Assembly (NCBI GenBank): GCA_050252475.1
Contig: JBFWKV010000001.1
Span: 1-25,764 of the forward strand
DNA: 25,764 nucleotides
Source of the DNA: Candidatus Omnitrophota bacterium
GTDB taxonomy: Bacteria; Omnitrophota; Gorgyraeia; DTHP01
Direction of reading: 5' to 3'
In this document: positions 8,673-16,511 of the stretch, in pieces
Position numbering within the stretch: position 1 is the stretch's first letter
Layout: each line of letters begins with the position of its first letter
The notes under the pieces: generated by a model
Databases searched by the model: none
What the model was told of the DNA's origin: nothing
Seen by the model: the letters and a program-made list of their open reading frames with translations, nothing else
Made by a program: the position numbers and the translations under genes

Positions 8673-10655
8673 TTATGGGCTAGCCTGTTGGAATAATAAC
8701 GCTAAAGCAGTCAGTTTCTCAGGAGTAATTGGTCCTTCTATCTCAAACCTCAATGTATATCTTCCCACATCACTAAGTGCCTTCTGAGTTCCCAAAGCCT
8801 GAAGAGCATTCTGCATTCCGGTGGTAAATTCGGGAATTTTCTCTCCGGGGATAGTTTGCGTACCCGGGTCAGTGGGAACTACAAAAATGAAGAGCCCCGT
8901 ATCATGCCCTTGCATAAAATACTGACGATAAGAATGCTCATATAAGGGACCTATGCCAAAAAGGTCCTGCAAACCTGCCTGGCGTAATGAACTGCGGGCA
9001 GTTTCCCAGACCCGAGCCCTTTCTGGGGTCTCTACAGCATAGGGTAAAACTGCTCCAAAACTCTTACCCAGGACTTCCCGGGAATAAAGGAGGAGTAAAC
9101 TGTATAACTCTGCGGGAGAAAGAGAACTTAAAGTAGAAGAGGCTGATTTAATTATTCCTTTATTTATCCCAAAAGCAATTAAACTGCTTTCTCCATTCTC
9201 ACCCAATAGTGCCATAAATGCTCCATAATCTAAATATACTCCAGGAGCAACCTCAACTCGGTATTTTGTGCGTGCTTTTTCCAGCTCCTCTTCATATGCC
9301 TCCTGAGTAGAAATTCCTCTTTCTTTAATCTCTGAAAGCATTGCCTCTTTCATCTCACGGGTAGCCTTTTTCCCTGCTTCTACCCCTGGCTGGTCAAATG
9401 GTTGAATTCCCATCATAATTCCCGACATTCCCGTAGCAAATTCTAATGCATACAATAAGCCAATTGCCTCTTCTTTACTTCTTACGGTAAACTCCCATAC
9501 GGGAACCCCTTTTTCTATTACCTGTCTCACAAAACCATCGTTAGCATCAGAATCACCTAATTTAATCCGGAAAGCAAAAGTTTCACTGGTATAAACGGAA
9601 GCATCATAATCCCGCTCCATAATCGGTAAAATCCCTCGACCTTTACCCTCTTTATCCACTTTTCCCTGGCTTTCGGCAACCAGTTGCTCAATCCAGGGAC
9701 CAATAGCTTTCAATTCTTCAGGTAAAATAACCCGCATATAAATTCTTCCCTGTTTTTCCATCTCAGCCATAAATTTACCTAAGGCATATTTTGCCTCGGA
9801 TTCCATTGCTTTCTTAGCAGAGGCGAGAATTGCTCTTACATCGTGTCCGGCAAGGGCAGCAGGAAGAAGACCAATGACCGAGAAAATCGTATATCTACCT
9901 CCCACTAAATCAGGATGTTCAAAGATGTTTTCCTGGGGAACATTATTGTTAATTAAAAATTGCATTAAAGGACTGTCTTTCTTAGAGGTAGTGGTGATGG
10001 CAATAAAGTGTTTAGAAGGATCAAGTCCTGCATCTTTGATTTTCTGATAGGCAATCTGGGTAAGCGCCATGGTTTCAGCAGTGGTTCCGGATTTAGAAAT
10101 GGAGATAAAAAGGGTTTTAGAGATATCAATAGCGGATAACACTCTTTGAATATCTTCTTCGTCAAGATTCTCCATAACATGAATCCTTGCATAACCTTCT
10201 TTTGTTCCCAGAATTCCTCTTATTACATCTCCCGGTCTTGAAGAACCACCCATGCCAATAACCACAATATCGGTATATTCTCCTTTGTGTTTTTGAGCAA
10301 ATTCTACAATCTTATCCAGTAATCCTTGAGCATTGTCTATGGGAAGAGTAAGCCAGTGAGTGTCTTTAACACCGTCTGCCTTCTCTCCCCAGATACTTTG
10401 TAATTCTCTCCACATTCCCGCATTGGGATCAATGGGATACTCTCTTTTAAATTTCTCCATTTCTTCCTGAGAAATCTGCCCCTCGTAATTTCTTACCGTA
10501 TACTCAACTGATTTTAACGAAGCTACCCGGCGCAAACTAAGTTCAAAATTTGAAGAGTTCATCTTTTCCCTCCCACTACGAAAAAGAGAAATACCCATTA
10601 GAATAATAAATACCAGCGTGCTTCTATAATACCATAAAATCTTGAATTTTCCCAT
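8673..10655 (-). CDS. pgi: Glucose-6-phosphate isomerase (type found in transaldolase/PGI fusions) with hydrophobic leader
   Basis: Motifs VIGMGGS, ISKSGTTAET, VGGRYTIFS, EQLVAESQGK, PFDQPGVEAGK and C-terminal GPLYEHSYRQ. Leader ends SLRRVA. A second possible start is M32 (10562), with RBS GGGAGG. Confidence 0.9.
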   Translation of the reverse strand: MGKFKILWYYRSTLVFIILMGISLFRSGREKMNSSNFELSLRRVASLKSVEYTVRNYEGQISQEEMEKFKREYPIDPNAGMWRELQSIWGEKADGVKDTHWLTLPIDNAQGLLDKIVEFAQKHKGEYTDIVVIGMGGSSRPGDVIRGILGTKEGYARIHVMENLDEEDIQRVLSAIDISKTLFISISKSGTTAETMALTQIAYQKIKDAGLDPSKHFIAITTTSKKDSPLMQFLINNNVPQENIFEHPDLVGGRYTIFSVIGLLPAALAGHDVRAILASAKKAMESEAKYALGKFMAEMEKQGRIYMRVILPEELKAIGPWIEQLVAESQGKVDKEGKGRGILPIMERDYDASVYTSETFAFRIKLGDSDANDGFVRQVIEKGVPVWEFTVRSKEEAIGLLYALEFATGMSGIMMGIQPFDQPGVEAGKKATREMKEAMLSEIKERGISTQEAYEEELEKARTKYRVEVAPGVYLDYGAFMALLGENGESSLIAFGINKGIIKSASSTLSSLSPAELYSLLLLYSREVLGKSFGAVLPYAVETPERARVWETARSSLRQAGLQDLFGIGPLYEHSYRQYFMQGHDTGLFIFVVPTDPGTQTIPGEKIPEFTTGMQNALQALGTQKALSDVGRYTLRFEIEGPITPEKLTALALLFQQASP

Positions 10656-10703
10656 TTTTCTTCCCCTTTTTCTATTTATTAAAATATTGTTTCTCTATTT
10701 AGA

Positions 10704-10732
10704 GATATCACACAAAATTACTAAATCGTCAA
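10704..10732 (-). promoter_or_regulatory. Weak putative sigma70 promoter upstream of pgi
   Basis: TTGACG-N14-TGT-GATATC; same geometry as the other candidate promoters but with a poor -10. Confidence 0.3.
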
Positions 10733-10793
10733 TATACGGTTCTATAATCGGATTGCTAAATGAAAACTTACAAAATATCTTTTCCCCATTTTC

Positions 10794-12761
10794 TTACCCG
10801 GCCATTCTCACTCTATTTATCCAGGAATCGATAACTTGGTGAAGCTGGTTCAATCTTTCTTTTGCAGCTTCTGCTGATTCATTACTCACCGCCTCGATAT
10901 AAATTCTTAACTTTGGTTCGGTTCCCGAGGCACGCACAAGGAAACTACTTCCATCAGTAAAGATTACTCTTATCCCGTCTTTTACACCGTCAACTTCAGT
11001 AATAATATTTCTAACCACACAACCTTCCCCAAATACTTCTCCTGCTTTGAGATTGCCTAAAACAGAAAGAATTCTCTCTATGGTTTGCCGCGCTTGAATA
11101 CCCTTCACTTCAATTGCCCAACCTGTATTCCGGTAAAATGGATGGAGACCTTCGGGAAGTAAACCGGCCTGTGAACGTGCAAATAGTTCTTTTTCTATTG
11201 CTTCTAATTTTTTAAACACGACTGAATCGGGTCTTACCAGGGGAACAAATCTATCGCCGTCGGAATCCCAGAGTATAATTACCTCCTCTGGAGAATTTCT
11301 ACCCAGTTCCTGATTCCATAAGGCAAGGGCTTGTAAGAAGAGCACTGAAGACATTACTCCATCTTTCTCATAACTGTGGGGCATAATGGCAAAACCATCG
11401 GCAAATTCCGCACCGTATAAAACAACTTTATCCTTACCACCTTCCTGGTCATTGTATTGATGTGCCTTATCGCCAATATATTTAAATCCCACCGCTACAT
11501 CAATTGTTCCTACTCCAAATAAATAATTTATTGCCCTTAGCATATTGGTCGTAGCATGATTTTTTACTGATACACCATTATTTGGTAAAGCTCCTTGAGA
11601 ACGTAATTTATCTAGATAATAATATGCCAGTAATATTGCTATTTCATCTCCTGTAAGCATACGCCACTCGCCACCGCCGGCTAATTTAATGGCTAAATCG
11701 GGACTACCGGGTAAGCGGGGATCCGGTCCTCTTAAACCCGTAAAGTTGGGATCTTCTTGCGCATGTTCATCCACAATCTGATAATCGTAACCGAGGGCTT
11801 TAATTGCCTGGGGACCAAAAACGCGGTTTCCACCGTAAAGGGGATCAAGGGTAATTTTTAGCAAACTCTGCATAGAAGGAGTAACTCGCTCATCCCGGCC
11901 ATGCTCTACAATTGAATTCAAATAGAGAGAATCAAGTTCTTCACCTAAGAAAACCAACAAACCTCTCGCTTTAGCCTCCTCAAGAGGAATAGCTTTTACC
12001 TCTCCGAGGTTGACTGATTTATAAGCATCAGTAATTATCTGGGTAGGCTCAGGCATCAGTTGAGCACCATAAGAAGCAGAAACTTTGATGCCGTTATAGC
12101 CCGTAGGATTGTGACTGGCAGTAATCATCACACCACCTGCAACAGAAAGACGGGGCAAAAGATGGGATACCCAGCCAACATTCTTATCTGAAGAAGACAT
12201 TACTACTTTTATATTATGGGCAGTGAGAATACCTGCAATTAACTCGGCATACTTTCTTGAACCGTCACGTGTATCATAACTAATGAGAAACGGCTTTCCT
12301 TCGGGATTTACCCCCGGCGTAAGAAGATATCTTGCCACTGCCTCGCCTGCTCGCTTTACGGTATACTCGTTTATCCTATTTGGACCAACACCTATCTTAC
12401 CACGCATACCCGCAGTTCCAAATGACAAATCAGTATAAAATGCATCTTTAAGTTCCTCCCAGTTACCACTATCAACCAATTCTTTTATCTGGCGCCAGGA
12501 TTCTCCATAATCATCCTCCAGCCATCTTAAAATATTCTTATAGGTAATTTCTCCGGTGGGGTCAGGAGTGCTATTTAATTTACCCTCATTTTTTGCCAGA
12601 ATAAGAGTTTCTCTTAATTTGTTTTTCAGGATAACTTCGCTATCCTTTATCCTCCTAGCAAGATAATCATAAAGACAACATCCAGATGGATCCAATTGCA
12701 CTCCAGATGAAACAAAAAATAATATCAAAATACTGGTAAGAAATATCTTATTTCTACCCAT
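10794..12761 (-). CDS. pgm: Alpha-D-phosphohexomutase (phosphoglucomutase/phosphomannomutase) with leader and rearranged metal-binding loop
   Basis: Motifs FGTAGMRG, ITASHNP (Ser216), VGFKYIG, EKDG and VRASGTEPKLRIY. The DSDGDR motif is present but lies after domain 3. RBS AGGAGG. Leader ends YLARRIK. Confidence 0.9.
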   Translation of the reverse strand: MGRNKIFLTSILILFFVSSGVQLDPSGCCLYDYLARRIKDSEVILKNKLRETLILAKNEGKLNSTPDPTGEITYKNILRWLEDDYGESWRQIKELVDSGNWEELKDAFYTDLSFGTAGMRGKIGVGPNRINEYTVKRAGEAVARYLLTPGVNPEGKPFLISYDTRDGSRKYAELIAGILTAHNIKVVMSSSDKNVGWVSHLLPRLSVAGGVMITASHNPTGYNGIKVSASYGAQLMPEPTQIITDAYKSVNLGEVKAIPLEEAKARGLLVFLGEELDSLYLNSIVEHGRDERVTPSMQSLLKITLDPLYGGNRVFGPQAIKALGYDYQIVDEHAQEDPNFTGLRGPDPRLPGSPDLAIKLAGGGEWRMLTGDEIAILLAYYYLDKLRSQGALPNNGVSVKNHATTNMLRAINYLFGVGTIDVAVGFKYIGDKAHQYNDQEGGKDKVVLYGAEFADGFAIMPHSYEKDGVMSSVLFLQALALWNQELGRNSPEEVIILWDSDGDRFVPLVRPDSVVFKKLEAIEKELFARSQAGLLPEGLHPFYRNTGWAIEVKGIQARQTIERILSVLGNLKAGEVFGEGCVVRNIITEVDGVKDGIRVIFTDGSSFLVRASGTEPKLRIYIEAVSNESAEAAKERLNQLHQVIDSWINRVRMAG

Positions 12762-12851
12762 AATTAATCCCCCTCCTTTTATGCCTGTAAAAATATATTA
12801 TCTTTTTTTCTCCAATCTTCCCTAATTACTAATTAATCCTTTTTCTTATAA

Positions 12852-12880
12852 AATATAACATCAATTATCTTAATCGTCAA
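12852..12880 (-). promoter_or_regulatory. Putative sigma70 promoter upstream of pgm
   Basis: Minus strand TTGACG-N14-TGT-TATATT, 17-bp spacer, about 90 bp upstream of the start. Confidence 0.6.
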
Positions 12881-12945
12881 GAGGGGGATATCCATTGGAT
12901 TGCACCAACATATTCTAGACCAATCTATTTCTTTATACTAAAGAA

Positions 12946-13869
12946 TTAATCGTTAGGAAGATGGATATAGATATCCGCTCCCATAACCGGATGGTATCCC
13001 AAACTTGAAACCACATCTTCTGCTTTTAGCAGAAATCTTTTATCCTCAAATCCTGCTTGTTTCGTTATCTGTTCAATAACTGTCCAATCGTACTTGCCAA
13101 AAATACGGTAATTTGCTCCTCCCAGAAAAGCAATCTTAAAAGGTGCAAACCTTTCCAGATACTGCCCCAGGTTGAAAAGATGGCTGTAGCCAACAAATAC
13201 CATTATCCTTCCCTCAGGATTACGCATAAGAAAATCAGAAATCTTCTCGCTCAGGAAAAAATCAGAAGTCCGTTCTCCACCATTATGCAGAGCTATCGGT
13301 CTTATTCCATGTTTCTTTACTACCTGAATCAACTCTAAATATTTTTCGGGAGCCCATCCCCAGAAATCTTTTAATATCTGAAGAATCTCTTCCTCCAGAT
13401 GGTAGTTGGCTTCTACTTCATACTCAGGAGTCTCAAAATATCTGTCCAATATCTCCTGTTTATCAGCAGGAAACATCTCTAAACCTAAATATCCGAAACC
13501 CATTTGTTTAAATTCCTCCATATGCTTGATTAGTTCGGTTTTGGCTGAGAGATTGGCAGTGCCTAAAAGGGGATTACCATGCATCTCGCCAAAGATAACC
13601 ACTTGAGTGGACGCAGGTATTATTTTTCTATAGTCCATCTCAAAATTAGCATGAGCAAGGAGTTTTTGCTGAGAAAATCCTTTTATTCTACGATAGATGT
13701 GGTAATATCCATCAAAAGCTTCATCTTTATAATTGGGTGGGAAATTACTCGTTAACCACGTACAAAAAATAACCCATATAAATACCCCTCTCTTTATTAA
13801 CCAAAAAACTTTATTTTTAAAATTAACCTCTTTCTTACTCATAATTTTCTTCTTAGTCTTAACCTTCAT
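12946..13869 (-). CDS. ChaN/EreA/TraB-like fold protein with leader
   Basis: Motif series VIFGEMHG, LGLEMF and VFVGYSHL matches the GExH...LE...GxxH pattern of this superfamily. Leader GVFIWVIFCTWL...HIYRRIK. The start may be M10. Confidence 0.6.
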   Translation of the reverse strand: MKVKTKKKIMSKKEVNFKNKVFWLIKRGVFIWVIFCTWLTSNFPPNYKDEAFDGYYHIYRRIKGFSQQKLLAHANFEMDYRKIIPASTQVVIFGEMHGNPLLGTANLSAKTELIKHMEEFKQMGFGYLGLEMFPADKQEILDRYFETPEYEVEANYHLEEEILQILKDFWGWAPEKYLELIQVVKKHGIRPIALHNGGERTSDFFLSEKISDFLMRNPEGRIMVFVGYSHLFNLGQYLERFAPFKIAFLGGANYRIFGKYDWTVIEQITKQAGFEDKRFLLKAEDVVSSLGYHPVMGADIYIHLPND

Positions 13870-14169
13870 CGTTTTTGTCTTATCTTAAATAAAAAAGAGC
13901 TAATCTTCGCCCCTTGTTGTAATCAGAGTCCTCCCCTTCTACATAAAAGTTAAAAATTTGATGATCTTTCTTAATCGTTCTTCAAGGTCTTTGGGCTTCC
14001 CACTCTCTTAAAATTTCTAAAACCTCTTGATACTTTTCTTTAGGAAACGACAAGCCATAAAATACATATGACACAAACACATCACCATGCCCCGCACCTG
14101 AATAGTGTATGCTATTCAGCATAAGGTAGTTATATTTACCCCTCTTTTTAAACCAATCTTCAGCGTATT

Positions 14170-14939
14170 TTAGGGACTATCCCAGGAAAAGAAAATCGCC
14201 TCCAAAGCCATTTTTAATTGTTGATATACATCCTGGGGTATCTCAATACCTTTATCCTGTTTAAGCCTCTCCCGATAATACAAACAAAGTTCTTTCATCT
14301 CTTCACCGCTTAAATGGGTTAAATCATACTTATTTTTACTCTGTAAAAACTCTTGCTGAAGATTAAAAAATAATCTTCTTCAATCTCTCCGGAGTATACT
14401 GTAGAAGCAAAACTTTCTATAAATCTTCGGTAAGTATCGTAAGCAAAAAACAATCCTTTCTCACCGCCTCCTCCTAATTTCACTAAACCTTGGACATTGG
14501 AGTCATTAATACCTAAATTTACTACTGTGGGAAGAATTCCGGGCATTTTTTCTGGAGGAGCACTGCGCACAGATAAGATTAATGGTTTATCCTCTCCACC
14601 AAATCTTTTGCCAGTTTTTCTTTCTAATTCTTTTATTCCTGCCAACACCCTATTCCAGAGGTAATCACTCACTTTCCCCTCTTTTTTGTATTCCTTAAAT
14701 CCCCTTCTGGTGACCACAAATCCTTCGGGAACCGGAATACCTAATCGCATTAAATTCCCCAAATCTTTAACCTTCTGTCCTACACCGAGATAAGCAGGTA
14801 TGTTTTCCAGAGAAACTATTGTTTCCCCGGAAACTCTTGCCCTTCTAAAAAACTCCCCTTCAACATAGCCATTCGTCAGGGGATAAAATATAAAAGTAGA
14901 AGCCAACCCTAATATAATTTGTTTAATTCCTCGCTTCAC
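14170..14939 (-). pseudogene. ppdK: Frameshifted, truncated pyruvate phosphate dikinase (N-terminal nucleotide-binding part only) with leader
   Basis: GTG start with RBS AAGGAGG. Motifs LGIPVPEGFVVT, PLILSVRS, MPG..TVVNLGIND and FAYDTYRRFI. Homology continues in another frame after the A6 run at 14365-14370 (NLQQEFLQSKNKYDLTHLSGEEMKEL...PQDVYQQLKMALEAIFFSWDSP) to TAA at 14170-14172. Confidence 0.85.
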
Positions 14940-14960
14940 TTTAAATCCTCCTTATACAAT

Positions 14961-14989
14961 TTTTTATCACAGCTTTAAGGTACTGTCAA
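14961..14989 (-). promoter_or_regulatory. Putative sigma70 promoter upstream of the ppdK-like gene
   Basis: TTGACA-N14-TGA-TAAAAA, 17-bp spacer, directly upstream of the RBS; imperfect -10. Confidence 0.4.
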
Positions 14990-15001
14990 GAATCACTGAG
15001 A

Positions 15002-15205
15002 CTACCACTCTATTACGAAAAGAGAATTGACCTCTCTTACCTGATTGGATTTAGACTTTGGGCCGGGCGCAGGAAGGTTTATGGTAAATAAGGTATTATC
15101 TGGGAAATAGCTGGTACTTACCGAGGAACCTCCATCAAGATTTATCGCAGCTTTATTTTTATCATAGATTTTGAATGGGGGACTTGGTTTTCTAACACTT
15201 TTGCT
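15002..15205 (-). pseudogene. Start-less remnant of a phosphodiester glycosidase (NAGPA-family) C-terminus
   Basis: Not in the ORF track. A 67-codon open frame between stops reads ...KAAINLDGGSSVSTSY...NQVREVNSLFVIEW*. AINLDGGxS and the terminal R-x-V-x-x-x-hydrophobic pattern are typical of this family. Confidence 0.55.
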
Positions 15206-15278
15206 TTAAACTCATCTTTAATTTTGATTTTGCTCCCCTTTTGTCAAGTTTTTATTCTATACAAATCGACCCTTTCGC

Positions 15279-16421
15279 TTAATGGGGAGTCAATATTCCT
15301 CCCAAGATTTCTCCAAGCAGCTGGTAAACCACATTCTCAGAAAGAGGCCATGCGTAGTCAGGTTCGAGTGCAATAAAAACAGCCTCAGCCTTTCCATTTG
15401 AGACAACTTCATTAATATATTCTACTAATTTCTTCGCATACAATGGTAATCTATGGCGCTCTACTTGTAAATGCGCCACTTCATCAACACCTTCGTCATC
15501 GTTTATAAAAGGATACCCTACAGAAAACCAGTCAAAGTCAATACTTATAACAATTTTTTCATATTTCCGCAGATTATCATTATCTATAAATGAAATTGGG
15601 AATTTAATTCTATCTATAACTCTTTCAGGTGTAAGATCAGGTTCCGTCGCCGTTTTTAGAATACCGTCTTTATCTTTAAAGATATCCAATGTAATTTCCT
15701 CCTGCTTTAAAGAAAATATGGTTTTTTTCTTCGCCTTGCTTTTTGTATATATTTGGCTGAATAATTCTTGCAGTGCTCCTTCGATACCCCCTTTATAACG
15801 CGTGTCCAAAAACGGATGTTCTTCTGCCCGCAGAAACTCAGGAATCACCCAATGTACGCCGGATACCAGCTTCGCTAATAGAGAGGCTAATACAACACCT
15901 TCACTTGAAACTACAAATTCTTTAGCATCAGCACCTCTTTTTTCCCACGATGGTCTTAGAAAATAAGCGTCGTGATGTGCATCGAAATTAACTAAAGTTG
16001 TATTATCACTCAATAAGCCATTTATCCGAGCATCCATTAATGCTTCGAATAAACCGCTGTGCGTAGCACATATATATATTCTTGGTGAAGTATCAAGCAC
16101 GAGAACTACTGAATAATTATAACCTGGCCACATCATCTTGTTTTCTCCGTAAATATATTCCAAGATATAGGCACTTAACTCTGAAATATCTATACCTTTT
16201 CCTCTAATAAATCTTCCTATGTTTATTTTAACTAATTTCTCCCCAGAGCTTAAAAGTGCATACCCTCTATTGGTGATTAAATTGCCGTCTTTATCTAGAG
16301 AACCTATTATTCGTGTTCTTCGGAAAAATATACAAGCCTGATGTCTTAAGGGAAGAAAAGTAGAGGAAAGACTACTCATTATTGATAAAAAAACATATAA
16401 ATAAGAAATCACCTTCTTCAA
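15279..16421 (-). CDS. UPF0489-like (arginase/deacetylase fold) protein with leader
   Basis: Motifs IYICATH, TLVNFDAHHD and ISIDFDWFS. TTG start with RBS GGAAGG. Leader ends IFFRRTR. Confidence 0.65.
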   Translation of the reverse strand: MKKVISYLYVFLSIMSSLSSTFLPLRHQACIFFRRTRIIGSLDKDGNLITNRGYALLSSGEKLVKINIGRFIRGKGIDISELSAYILEYIYGENKMMWPGYNYSVVLVLDTSPRIYICATHSGLFEALMDARINGLLSDNTTLVNFDAHHDAYFLRPSWEKRGADAKEFVVSSEGVVLASLLAKLVSGVHWVIPEFLRAEEHPFLDTRYKGGIEGALQELFSQIYTKSKAKKKTIFSLKQEEITLDIFKDKDGILKTATEPDLTPERVIDRIKFPISFIDNDNLRKYEKIVISIDFDWFSVGYPFINDDEGVDEVAHLQVERHRLPLYAKKLVEYINEVVSNGKAEAVFIALEPDYAWPLSENVVYQLLGEILGGILTPH

Positions 16422-16511
16422 TTTTTTCCTTCCATGATTATTTAATTATTATTAAAAGTACTAAATAAGCCCGCAAAAATCGTCTTTCTATCTATCTTAT
16501 TATCTTTTAAT

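Noticed and set aside
8673-9500. Catalytic His motif (EHSYRQ) located after the DQPGVEAGK motif in PGI, which looks like a permutation
   Set aside because: This order is the known arrangement in the PGI type found in transaldolase/PGI fusions, so it is not novel, unlike the PGM case.
12670-12700. Lipoprotein lipobox in the PGM leader (DPSGCC)
   Set aside because: Pro at -3 does not fit [LVI][ASTVI][GAS]C, and the other leaders lack an equivalent Cys.
15219-15247. TTGACA at 15242-15247 as a promoter
   Set aside because: No acceptable -10 at 16-18 bp spacing.
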